DNA of 63,489 nucleotides, counting the filler, from Folioceros fuciformis (taxonomy: Eukaryota), in the NCBI GenBank assembly GCA_049999805.1. It is 6 parts of 5 records of this genome, joined end to end, with 100 filler letters (N's around TTAATTAATTAA, not from the genome) between each part and the next. Parts side by side here need not be neighbours in the genome. Positions count along the whole stretch, not along the records: positions 39,218 to 50,105 come from JBNGIO010004589.1; positions 50,206 to 57,210 come from JBNGIO010004594.1; positions 57,311 to 63,489 come from JBNGIO010004606.1; 3 more parts are not named here. One strand, 5' to 3'. The notes beneath the pieces are model-generated. The model had not been told where the DNA came from. It did not search any database and saw nothing but the letters and a program-made list of their open reading frames with translations. Position numbers and translations under genes: made by a program. Below are positions 48,555 to 60,206 of the stretch, in pieces. Numbering within the stretch: position 1 is the first letter of the stretch; each line of letters opens with the position of its first letter.

Positions 48555-50105
48555 TCACAGAATCGGCTCATCTTCCCTCATTGGGTGCACGATCCCAGCT
48601 GGGGCGGTCTGGATTTCCGAATTATTTGTGGAACTCGGTTCGTTGCCTCCTCTCAGGCTAAGGATGCTAGCGTCTTGAAGCATGGCCAGGACTTCGGTCA
48701 TGGAAGGCCTTACCGTTTGAGCCTCCTCCAGACAAGCCATAGCCACCTGACATAGATGCAAGCATGCGTTTGAGAATGAGCGGAACGAGATCAAAACAAC
48801 CCGTTTCCAGCGATATGGAGCTGGTAACAGCGAACGAGGACGGAAAGGATTCTGACCTTAGCAACAGCGATGACGGATACCGCGTTCTGCTCTGTGCACA
48901 CCTGGGGATCCGCGATCTCTTGAACCCTCCCGCTGGCGATGAGCGGGATTGCCCTGGCTGCAAGGCTTTGTTGCTCACCAGGCAGATCCGGATCGAAGGG
49001 CTTCCTGGAAGTGACCAGTTCTAGCAACACGACGCCGAAGCTATACACGTCTGAATGCTCACTGGGCAAGCCGTCGGGGTTTGCTGGATCTGCGTAGCCC
49101 AAGGTGCCCTTGGGAGAGGGGAAGCCCAAGCCTGCAACCTTGGCGTTGAAGTTCTCGTCCAACAGGATGTTTGAAGACTTGACATCGCCGTGGTGGATGG
49201 GAGGAGTCACTTGGACGTGGAGACGCTCCAAAGCCTCTGCTACTTGGACGGCGATGCGGAGCCTCGTGTTCCAGTCTAGCTCCCCAGGGCTTTCCACAGA
49301 GAGGTGGTGCTCCAGGCTCCCGTTATGAAGATACTCCCATACCAGGAAACGATCCTGCTGGGGGCTGATGCAGTATCCCAGCAGCCTGACAAGACCTCGA
49401 TGGCTCAGGTTTGAGACCATGGAGACATATTGAAGGAAGCGACCCTGATCATCTTCTACGTCCTGGTTGATGGTTCTGGTCCTGTTGATGGCAACAACCG
49501 TGCCATTTTCCAGCACACCCCGCATCACTTCCCCAGCACTCCCTTGCCGTATCAGGTTGGTGGGAGAGAAGAAGTCTGTTGCCTGCTCGAGCTCTGGGTA
49601 GGTGAAAGGTACCGCCTCGGTCTTCTGCGCTTGGGGGAGCACATCCAGGTCTCTCGCCTTGGACTTCTGTTTTCGGTACTTCTTTCGGTAGATGTAAAGG
49701 ATGGCGATGCACATCACAATAGCTATTATGGGGAGAGTAACACCCAATGGCACTGCACTTAACAAGGCAAGGTGATTCAGGGCCTACATCCTGAGATCGA
49801 GACATCGATCCATGTGCACTTGTCATGGAATTTATAGGTTTGTGCATACAGGAGGAGAAGGGTAGGCAGGAATGAGTACCTCCCAACGCCTTAGACTTTC
49901 CCTTTTTCTTCGACTTCTTCGAGTTTTTCGACTTCGACTTCTTCGATTTTTTGGATGTTGGTGGTGCACTCTTCTTCGGAGAAGCACCAGAGGAAGACCG
50001 GCTAAACAGTGACCATTGCAGACTTGGAGGAGGAAACGATGGGGAAGTTGAGTAGGATGTCGTTGGAGGTGGTGGATATTGAGAAGGATCTGCACAGTGT
50101 TGCCA
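48555..50105 (-). CDS. Receptor-like kinase (probable pseudokinase) with a Pro/Ser/Lys-rich juxtamembrane ectodomain; 5' end beyond the scaffold
   Basis: TM helix VTLPIIAIVMCIAILYIY + RKKYRK; FTYPELEQATDFF, LVRLLGYC, HHGDVKSSNILLD, GTLGYADP, SDVYSFGVVLLEL; last exon VAMAC...RPSMTEV. Confidence 0.9.
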
Positions 50106-50205
50106 NNNNNNNNNNNNNNNNNNNNNNNNNNNNNNNNNNNNNNNNNNNNTTAATTAATTAANNNNNNNNNNNNNNNNNNNNNNNNNNNNNNNNNNNNNNN
50201 NNNNN
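50106..50205. other. Artificial scaffold-joining linker
   Basis: N44-TTAATTAATTAA-N44. Confidence 0.97.
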
Positions 50206-50785
50206 ATGCGAGGACAAAGCATATTGATATTCAACATCACTTTGTGCGCGAGAAGGTGAAGCTATTGGAGGTTGCCTTTGAGTATTGCCAAACGGAGGAA
50301 ATGGCTGCAGACTTTTTAACCAAGGCAGTCAGCAAGTTCAAGTTTGAGAAATGCAAAGGATTGCTTGGATTGAAGCAAACTCAAGTGCGCTGAGTGGGAG
50401 TGTTAAGAGTGATTAGTGCTGAGAGTAATTAGTGATAATCCAGCTTATTGAGTTTGCTTAATTAGTATGCTAAGAGTGATTAGCATTTAGGGTGTTTTAG
50501 GGTTGGGAGCATTTATCCCATATTTGGCATGAAATAAGAGTGCCACCCTTAGGTCCATAAAAGGAGGAATGAACCAACCTAGTTTGTGTGGTCTAACCCC
50601 CACCCTTGTTACTTGTATTATGCTGTTTTTTTTAGAGCTTTTGAGTTCCCCTATTTATTTTGTTTTAGAGCCTTGTTTAAGCGCTCGTAATTTGAGATTC
50701 TGCATCTTGGTTTTCTAACCTAGTTCTAACGCTATCCAAGCATGCTGGGGACTTCATCTCACATGCCGGGGACTTCATCTCAACA
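50206..50785 (+). mobile_element. Ty1/Copia 3' end: RNase H C-terminus, polypurine tract and 3' LTR (50401-50785)
   Basis: ARTKHIDIQHHFVREKV...MAADFLTKA with stop at 50391-50393; GAGTGGGAG PPT immediately before TGTT; LTR ends ...CTCAACA. Confidence 0.92.
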
Positions 50786-51140
50786 CTTCTCCATAAACCT
50801 GAGCCCCAACTCCTGTACTACTCTGCATGCTTTTATTTTTCAATGGTCCATGTTGGGCCATTGCACAGTGGGAATTACTGTCTTTGTCGAAGCCACCATC
50901 CCCTACCTAACTCCAGATCAGGTCCTCTTCGACGCCCGTCCCCTTCTCTGTTGCTTGCTCTCCCTCCCCTGCCTAGGCCGTTTGCGCTTCCTAGTTACTT
51001 TTTAGGCTGGTGCTTCTCTAGGTCCTACCTTCAGGTTTCGGCCTTACCCCAATGTCAAGACCCGAGGACTTGCTATTAGTAAAAAGAAAGGAAGAAAAAC
51101 AATGTCGAGGAATGAAGCTGCCATGAACCAAGGAAACTTT

Positions 51141-51538
51141 TGTTAATCATGATTAATGTTGAGATTAATTAGTACTAATCCAGCTTATTGAGTTTGTACT
51201 AATTAGTGGTAAGAGTGATTAAGGTTATGATTAATATATATATATAGCTTATTAGACTTTGTTATGTTAGGCAAAAAGGTATTGTAGGGTTTGGGGTCAT
51301 TTATCCCATATTGGGCACCAAATGAGAGTGCCACCCATAGGTCCATAAAAGAAGGGATGAACCCACCTAGTATTTGTAGTCTAACTCCCTCTTCACTTGT
51401 ATTGTGTTGTTTTTGTAATTCTCCTTTTATTTGAGTTTAAGAGCCTTGTTATAGTGCTCTTATTTTTGGGATTATGCATCTTGCTTCAACTAACTTGTTT
51501 TAACCTCTTTTGAGAATGGCGGGGGTGACATCTCAACA
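51141..51538 (+). mobile_element. Related Copia solo LTR with imperfect 5-bp TSD; its 3' end is tandemly duplicated to ~51630
   Basis: TGTT...CTCAACA termini; shares AATCCAGCTTATTGAGTTTG, ATTTATCCCATATT and GAGTGCCACCC..AGGTCCATAAAA with the 50401 LTR; flanks ACTTT/ACTTC. Confidence 0.8.
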
Positions 51539-51952
51539 ACTTCTAGGTATAATCTTGCTTCAACTAACTTTTTTTAACCTCTTTTGAGAATGGCGGGGGT
51601 GACATCTCAACAACTTCTAGGTATAATCTTGGTATAAAAGGAGCCGCTCGAACAGTACTCAGTCACTCTATTGATCAAAGCCCAAAAAAACTACCAAGAC
51701 TGTGTCACCCGACCAAAGCCCAAAAAAACTACCAAGACCGTGTCACCCGACTGTTTCAAGGGAAGTTTCAGTACCCGCAACCTTCCACAACACACTCACA
51801 CCTCGTGAAGCCATCGATGGACCTCACAGTAAGGGGCAAACTCTTGCTAAAGCTTCTACCCAACATGAATGGTAGAGAACAAAATAGAGCTCCCTCTATA
51901 GGTTCTGTGGAAATGGTCTTCGAGGGATGCAGCTGAGAAGACAACTGAACCA

Positions 51953-52430
51953 TTGCAACTGCCTAATGAAACGTATCTTGAAGAGGCACTGCTGAGGGAA
52001 CTCCTATGGAGGGACATGTACATTGGCAACTACCGCCAACCCATACAACAACAACAAGCAATGTACCACGTGAACAAAGATGTTTATGAGATAAGAAAGG
52101 GAATGTTCATTGCAACACCATGCTGCACAAATACACACAATTGGCCTTTCTACATAGGGTAAGTGGAGGAAGTGCAAATACAAGGTGCTAGGCCAAGCTT
52201 GCTCATCCATTGGTTCCAAATTGAACATACAAATGCATTTGAAGGGAAATATGTAAAAGAATTCATTGTGAGGAGCAATAGTAGGAAGGACAATGGAAGG
52301 GCAAGACACCCCAAAATGTTCAGGAGCTATTTATGGATGTTTTCCTCTAGTACTATTTCAACTTGACAACAAGAAAGCATTTATACGCCGCTGATAAAAA
52401 GGGGATTCCCAACAAACTCCATGAGTTGTG
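51953..52430 (+). pseudogene. Interrupted ORF resembling the C-terminal part of DNA-transposon-associated proteins
   Basis: One reading frame continues across an in-frame TAA: EIRKGMFIATP...WPFYIG*VEEV...LLIHWF...FEGKY. It lies in TE-rich context; the family assignment is tentative. Confidence 0.4.
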
Positions 52431-52596
52431 TGGGATGATAGAAACCCCAAGTGACCCTAGGATGAAAGATAGTGATGATGAGTAAGGGTAGATGCCTGTG
52501 GGCAGAGGCATCCACGTGCCCCTATGTAGGTTGCCATAAAAGTGTAGGGGGTCAAATGGGTTGGCATGCCATTTTGGGAAAAGCATTGGCATTGAT

Positions 52597-52715
52597 CTTG
52601 AGCTTGGGAAGGCAGTGGTCCTTGAGCTTGGGAAGGTGGCAGTCCTTGAGCTTGGCAAGGCGGTGGTCCTTGAGCTCGGGAAGGTGGGCAGTCCTTGACC
52701 TTGGGAAGGCAGTGG
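52597..52715. repeat. 24-bp tandem repeat, about 5 copies (CTTGAGCTTGGGAAGGCAGTGGTC)
   Basis: Directly visible. Confidence 0.88.
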
Positions 52716-54563
52716 TGCCCTCTGGCAGTGTTTGGAGAGGTACATGCCGTAGGCGAGGTTTGTGTTCCGCTAAACCCTTAAGCGATGCATAAGATAGGGG
52801 ACAATAGATAACCACATTGTAAGGAGTACACAAAAACAATGGACATTATCTATCAACCTATGTAATGTCTTTTGTGATCCCATGACAGAAACCTGTCCAC
52901 ATTATTTATAGTTGTGTAGTGTGTTTCGTGAGCAATTGACTCTAGCACATGTTCCTGGTACTGTACATCTCGCAATCTGTACATCCATCTTAAGCATGCA
53001 AGTTGGGCGGTGGAAGGCGTAGGCTGGCCGACACCTTCTAGCGCGCGCGCCGCTTGCATGTTGAAGATGGGTATACAAAATGTGGGTGTGTAATAACAAG
53101 GGGCCCTACGAAAGTGGAATGCTAGATGTGAACAAGGGGTGTGTCTCCCCACTTTTGGACCCAGACATAGGTTGTTCAATAGGGATTTGCAAGATAAGGG
53201 AAAACAACGATGAAGACATTGGCCAGGATGGTGTATGCCATGGGTACAAAACTACACCTTTTAGGCATGTTACTAGAGTGTCACACCATTTCTAGGATAC
53301 AATCCCCTATTATATAACACTTGGCTACAGCCCAATGTCCATGGTTGAACAACAATTTTCCAGAGTATGGGCCTCAAAGCGGGGATTGCAACGCATGTGC
53401 AGGACCAATCCGAGTTTCTTGAGGCATTTAGGCTCTTGGGCTTGATTTAGCCCCTTGCAGCTTTGTCGGGTTACAGACCAGAAGGGCAAAGTGTGACAAC
53501 ATGAATTCTAGGGTCCTCCTATAAGGTAAGGTTTCTAGCAACTATCTTGCCGTCAGCATAAATGAATGTCAGGCCCAAAAATAATCATCGGAGTGGCACT
53601 CTGGTGACCTGCCGGACTTGTTTCCAGAGTAAGTAGAATATACATCTTTTTGAATAAAGGGCTATTTCCGACAACTACCCGAGTTCTTTAGAGTAGAAGA
53701 CATGCCAAACCCCCGAGCGGCCATAGTGCGAATGGATTAACAATTGGGACGATCTATTCAAGATCCAGTGTACCTGTCGTCATGCAAGAGGGGAGGCGTA
53801 ACCATTCCTGGACAGTTGCACTCATACTAGAGCCATCGAGCATAAGTTTTTACGTTGGCTTACGCTCATCGCTACGCCCCGACTCCCTCCTCTCCCTCCC
53901 ACCACTCTGGAAGCCTGAGACCCATTCCAATGCTCTCATACCCCTTTGTCTTTCCGCTTCCTCCACTCCGTCTTCCTACCCACTTCATCCTTCTTTGCTT
54001 CTCGTTCCAGACAGCGATTTTACTCCTTCGTTGCTTTTTTTTCGGCGCTCTCCTTCTTCCTCCTTTTCCATCTCCCAAAGCTCCTCCTCCATGGTGCTAG
54101 GACAATTACTTGAGGCCGGCAACACTTGGAAACTCAATGAGGAGCAAATACAAATGCGCTCCTACCCCAAATTTGCGCCTTGGATAGCAACAGTAGGCGA
54201 TCTCATGGAATAGTGGGAGCTCGGGTTTTTCAGTTCCTTTGGGGCATCAACTCAATGGTGATTGTTTGAGAATTCACCCGGACCCTATTGCGTTGCTCCT
54301 AGAGCAAGCAAGTGTCCTCCAAAATCAGGGACAACCCCACATTTCTGGACCATCTAGATGATGCGGGAGATTTACCCACGCCCAATGGAGGAATGCAGAG
54401 GGCTTTATCTCAACTCCCAATGAAACAAGGATCTAGTAAAGGAGGCAATATTAGCTCTCTAACAACGGACTCCAACAAGACCACCCACAAGTGGCTGATT
54501 CATGATATCGTGGACTTGAGAATCAGAGGAGTGGCCCGGCTCATTGTTAACTGGCTGCTGGTA

Positions 54564-54810
54564 TGTGAACCACCAAAGTTTGGGGTAGTGGTTTGTTTTT
54601 GTTAAAAAAGGGTTAATAGTGGTTTGATTTGGTTTTGTTTTGTTTTTCTATTTATTTTCCCTAATTTTCTTTATTTTCTGGTTATTTTTTTATGTTTTTC
54701 CTTGTGCTAATTAGGTTAATTGATTTGGATTGGTTTGGTTATTAGAGTGGGTATAGGTTTGGTCCAAGGCATGGAAAAGTTTAGGTTTTGTACTGTATCA
54801 TAGGGTTGGG
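54564..54810 (+). mobile_element. 5' terminus of an LTR-like repeat beginning TGTGAACC (homologous to 57380-57625 reverse strand)
   Basis: TGTGAACC[AT]CCAAAGTTTGGGGTAG... and GTGCTAATTAGGTTAATTGA...GAGTGGGTATAGGTTTGGTCC are shared; homology starts sharply at TG. Confidence 0.75.
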
Positions 54811-55219
54811 AAGGTTTGAATTTAGGTTTGGTCTTTGGCTTGGTAATAAGGTTGACTTAAGTTAGATAGTATTATATAATTAAATAATATTAAATAAGAA
54901 AACAAATAAATAGTTGTTTGAACTATTTGCCTGAGAGTGGGAATATGGGGATGGCAAGGATATGGTGGGGATATGTCAGGGTCTGGCAGGGTCTGGCTGG
55001 CAAGGTTGTATTATTGAGTGATCAGCCATGAGGGTTGCATCCTGGCTAGGGCAGAAACACGGCCCAATCCCATCCTCCATTCCTTCATTCTTCTCCATTT
55101 TCCTCTTGTCCCGTTTCCTCTGTCATGACTTAGAAAGTTTGTTAGAGTTTTGTATCTATGAGAACTTTTTGTGCAGGTCGCAACTGCGAAAGCTGTTTGC
55201 TTGGGACAAATACGCTAGC

Positions 55220-56145
55220 ATAAAGGGTAAATCCCTTACGTTTTGACTAAAGAGACAGTTCGCAAGCAAAAGTTCTCGCGAAGGAATGGTTGAAGAGTAG
55301 GGTTTTTGATGGTTAACTTTGTAGACAGTTGATAACGGTTTGGAAATGACCATTCAGGTGGTTAGCACGGTATGTTGTAGGTATATAGTGATGGAGAAAG
55401 AATGATCGAATATTCTTTTGATAGTTCGCTTAGAAAGCTTGATGAGCGGTGATGCACTTAGTGTTTTTGCAATGAGCAATTGTAACCAAGAAGCTTGTAG
55501 CAGACTGAACAATTGAATCAAAGGTTCTGTGTTGTCAATCAGCGTTTGCACACGTTAGAGAATAGGAAAGCGTTGCAATGGCATGACACGGNNNNNNNNN
55601 NNNNNNNNNNNNNNNNNNNNNNNNNNNNNNNNNNNNNNNNNNNNNNNNNNNNNNNNNNNNNNNNNNNNNNNNNNNNNNNNNNNNNNNNNNNCAGAAAGGG
55701 GTAATCCCTTACGTTTTGACTAAAGAGACAATTGGCAAGCAAAAGTTCTCGCAGAGGAACGGTTGAAGAGTAGGGTTTTTGTTGGTTAACTTTGTAGACA
55801 GTTGATAACGACTTGAAAATCACCATTCAAGTGGTTGGTAACGGTATGTTGTAGGTATATAGTGATGAAGAAAGAATCATCGAACATTCTTTTGATAGTT
55901 CGCTTAGAAAGCTTGATGAGCGGTGACGTGCTTAGTGTTTTTGCAATGAGCGATTGTAACCAAGAAGCTTGTAGCAAACTGAACAATTAAATCAAAGGTT
56001 CCGTGTTGTCAATCAGCATTTGCACACGTTAGAGAATAGGAAAGCGTTGCAATGGCATGACAGGAAGCATCATTGGACTGATATCTTTNNNNNNNNNNAA
56101 GCGTTGCAATGGCATGACAGGAAGCATCATTGGACTGATATCTTT
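55220..56145. repeat. ~360-bp diverged tandem duplication straddling a 100-N gap
   Basis: 55220-55590 and 55697-56060 are colinear with scattered substitutions. Confidence 0.85.
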
Positions 56146-56663
56146 AAACTTGTCACTATCAAAAGAATTATTTCGACTCTTGAATGTTGGAAGTTAAGCG
56201 TGTGCATGGATTTCTCATGTTTTGAGAACAAAGAGTTCTCTTAAGAAAAGAGTGCCTAGGTGAGAGTGTCGTGGCGGTGTTGCAAAGTGCTGTTTAGGTT
56301 ACCTTGTCAGTTTTGTGATTGAATGGATGACCTTGTTGAAGTTTGAAGGATGCTTGGAGAATTTGAGAACGTGATTGAGGGGAAAGGCTAGGCAATGGGT
56401 AGGTTAGGGAGATTGCAAAGAGTGTTAGTGAAGCAAGCGTTGCTGGAAAGTTCTATTTGGGGTGGAGAGATTGCTAAGGTCAGGATGTGTCGAGTTGGGT
56501 ATGAGCATAGTTTTCTTTCATCTTGTTGAAAGATGAAGAGAGAGGGGGTTTGTGCCGTGGTACTGGAGAGGGAATTTAAGACGATGGAGCGTGAGGTAGC
56601 GAGTAAGGAGTAGAGGAGGAATTTCGTGGCGGTGATTAGAGTTCACTGCCTCCTCAGTGCAAT

Positions 56664-57210
56664 TTGTTGCAGACACATAGATTTTCCAGGGAGGAGCTGT
56701 GTAGGCTGCGAGAGGAGACAAAACGAGAGGTGGAGGAACTCTCGGCAGAGATTGTTGAGCGGACTGCAGAAAAAGTCAGGCTTGCAGCATTGCTAAAGGG
56801 CTTGCAAGCGAGAGAAGTGGAGAAAAAACGTCAGCTCGAGGAGATTGTCTCCACAGAGCTACTATCAGAAGGTGGAGCGACCTCCATCTTCAGCACCCTC
56901 AAAGATAGACAACTAGATGTTGCCTGCGAGGTTATAGCGAGACAATACCAGCAACTCAAGAAGAACGAGTCGCCACAGGTGAAGAGCGGAGTGGGGAACA
57001 AACGAAAGGCTTCGGAGGGGCCTAGGCGAATCGAGGACTACCACGAGAGGGACCTGCCTAGGAGGAGCTCAAGCTATCAGGCTGGGAGAGGAAGAGCATA
57101 CCAAAGGGGCTACGCCAGATGGAAGGTTGGTGAGGGTGCGGTGACTAGAGACCTTCCTGTGAGAAGGTCCAAAAGACTTAAGCTAGAGAAGTTTGCATCA
57201 GAAGTTGCAG
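56664..57210 (+). CDS. Charged coiled-coil ORF, probably a retroelement accessory or gag-proximal ORF (truncated)
   Basis: About 180-aa open frame with heptad-rich EELCRLREETKREVEEL..., downstream of an LTR-like repeat; no recognised domain. Confidence 0.3.
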
Positions 57211-57310
57211 NNNNNNNNNNNNNNNNNNNNNNNNNNNNNNNNNNNNNNNNNNNNTTAATTAATTAANNNNNNNNNNNNNNNNNNNNNNNNNNNNNNNNNN
57301 NNNNNNNNNN
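57211..57310. other. Artificial scaffold-joining linker
   Basis: N44-TTAATTAATTAA-N44. Confidence 0.97.
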
Positions 57311-57625
57311 ATTTAATATTATTATATTATTATTTAATCATTAATGTTATATATCTTTAATTAATATTAAACTAATCACCCAACCCTATGGCCTGGTACC
57401 GAACCTAAACCTTCCCAGGTCCGGGACCAAACCTATACCCACTCTTATAACCAAACCAACTATTTCCTGGTCAATTAACCTAATTAGCACAAAGAAAAAT
57501 AGGAAAAATGACCAGAAAATCAAGGAAAATTAGGGAAAATAAGTTGAAAAAGAAAACCAAACCATACCACTTTTAACCCTTTTTCAACCAAAACAACCTA
57601 CTACCCCAAACTTTGGAGGTTCACA
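57311..57625 (-). mobile_element. LTR-like element terminus inserted into the Copia integrase region
   Basis: Reverse complement of 54564-54810; the Copia reading ...WTGKEPHVSH breaks exactly at TGTGAACC. Confidence 0.75.
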
Positions 57626-59557
57626 ATGGGAAACATGAGGTTCCTTTCCAGTCCATCATCGCTCACAAGGTGTGACAATACCTAACTCCTTTGTTGGTAA
57701 GCAATTTTGTACATAATTTGCAGCACACAAAGCTTATGCCCAATAACCTCTCGTTAGTCCAGCAAAAGACAAGCTAGATAGAGTTGCTTCTTGTAAAGTC
57801 CTGTTCTTTCTCTCAGCAAATGCATTCTGAGTAGGTGTGTAGGAAATTGTGAATTGATGCTGGACTCCCTCTGAAGGACAAAAATGGTGGAATGCTGCGC
57901 TAGTATACTCACCGCCGTTATCAGTCCTCAAAATGCGTACCTTGGCGCCAGTGAGTCGTTGAGCAAAGAGAACATAATGTTGAAAAGTCGAGAGGGCTTC
58001 ACTCTTATGATGAAGAACATATACAGTGCAGTAACAGCTCCACTCATTGATAAAGGTTATGAAATAGGCGGCACCACCAAAAGATACTGTTGACATAGGT
58101 CCACAAATGTTGCTATGGATGGTATGCAATAAACTTATGGCTCTAGAAAGGTGTTTATCCTTATAAGGCTGAGAAACGTCTTTGTTGGTCTGATAGGCGA
58201 CACAAAAAGCATGATCATCAAAAGAAAAAGACAAGGGTTCTCTAAAGACACCGTTTTTAATGAGAGGAGACAGCTTATGAAAGTTGACATGACCTAGTCT
58301 GCAATGCCAAAGTTGCATTGGTGTCAGATGAGGACTAGTTGCTACATAAGCTGACACCGAAGGGATGAAGCTTCTAACATCCAACAAATACAAGTCATGG
58401 TAGGGGATTCCAGAGAAAATTTCTGAACAGTTGCCTAGCTGTGAAATAGAGCTCCTTGTGTGATTAAAACACACTCTACAAGCATGTTCTTGTGATAACT
58501 TAAGTACTGACATAAGATTCTTAGTCATGGATGGTACAAAAAGGACGCTTGATAGAGTAAGAGTAGACTTATCTAGAAGCTGAACCATGATTGAACCTGT
58601 CCCTTTGATAGCTGAACCATTGTCATCACCAAGCAAAACGAACTATCTGTCATTAGAAGCTGATTTGAAAGTAAAAAAGAAAGACTTATAAAAAAAAATA
58701 TGGCTAGTTGCTCCTAAATCTAAGAACCACATATCAGTTTGTATCTATATGGATGAAAGACAAACAGCAAGAATGGTAGGTAATTTGACAGTCGAGGTAG
58801 GCTTGGTGGAAGCAACATTTGACTCGGGAGGGCCATCCCTCCTCGGCTCACCAGACTTCTTTTTCCTACAGTCGTGCTCATAATGACCTAGAATCTTACA
58901 CCAATTGTAGCTAAAAGTCTTACGCTGCAAATAAGGCTGTCTTAGTGTGGTTGGCAAGCCTCTGCTTCTACCACGCCATGAGCCCCTGCCCTTAGCTGTG
59001 AAGAGTACTTTGCTACTATTAGGATTTTGTCCCTTATGTCTAGTCAGGGCTCTTGGGCGCTCTTCTCCAAGGAGTGCACTAAACACGTCCTCGAGTGATA
59101 TGTTGGGCACACCTCCACCTGCAAGTTGTTGAGCTGAGTCTATCTTAGCATGTTGAGCGCTGATAAAATAAAAGTAAGCCTCCGGTAGTGATGCTAGAAA
59201 GGTAGTTGTTGCCTGGACTTCTGTTAGGACAGTCCCACAATATGCAAGGTCAGCACATGCAGTCCTGAACTTGTTAATGTAGGACTCCATTGAATCCCCA
59301 TCCTTCATCCGGAGATAGAATAAACCTTGGAAAGAATGAACCAAAGAGGCTGAGCTCTTGCCCTTATATATGGTTGTAAAATTTCTCCACACAACTATAG
59401 AGGTTACGGCATTCAGAGTGTAAGGCATCATTGTCCTATCCAAAGATGCAATGATGATGGAACATGCACGCCTATCCTTCCACTTCCAAGCTAGGACATT
59501 GTCAACATTTGTTGGAGTTGGCACTGGTGATTGCTCAGAACCATCGACAACTCCCAT
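57626..59557 (-). mobile_element. Degenerate Ty1/Copia gag-protease-integrase
   Basis: UBN2-type gag (W..KDRRA, LRMKDGDSMESYI, FLASLPEAY), decayed zinc knuckle, WFLDLGATSH, LWHCRLGHVNF, rve (LRTDNGGEY, YTPTQNAFAERKNRTL); contains stops and frameshifts. Confidence 0.93.
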
Positions 59558-60206
59558 NNNNNNNNNNNNNNNNNNNNNNNNNNNNNNNNNNNNNNNNNNN
59601 NNNNNNNNNNNNNNNNNNNNNNNNNNNNNNNNNNNNNNNNNNNNNNNNNNNNNNNNNGCTGTGTTGTCCAAAGTGTGGATTGCCGATTAAACTTGATGAT
59701 ATTGTACCAATAGCTTCGGCAAATTGATAAAACCCTTGCTCCTGTCGCCTCTCAAGAGAAGGTGATTGCTGAAGGACTTCATCCTCGATGCTGGTTCTGA
59801 CCCTTTCTTGTTGTTGAAACTCACGGGTCGGAGTAACAATCCCAGCGTCGTTGAAATCTAAATCATCATCATCATCAGGCTCGGATTGCATCCTTGCAAA
59901 CAATCACTTAAATGCAGCAGCATGAGCTCGGAGGTAAAAATAACTCCTTTTTAGTCCATCCTGACTCAAGCGCTTTGTGGATCACATAGGTTTGATGCAG
60001 CTTGTTGATCATATTGTGGGCAAGCAGGTGGGGTACCCCTACAAGGCACCCGCTCACATGTATCATGGCCACATCAATCCCACGGTCGTTGTAGGCTTCC
60101 CTGGAATCGCTCCCCTCTAAGCCTGGTCAGCTACTGTGGACTCCACATGCTGAACAGACCCCTGGGAAATGATGGGTTCTCTTTTTTTTTTGGATTTGTG
60201 AGTGAG

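Noticed and set aside
9091-57310. Recurrent TTAATTAATTAA palindromes within N runs, and gene neighbourhoods across them
   Set aside because: These are artificial concatenation linkers, so adjacency across them has no biological meaning.
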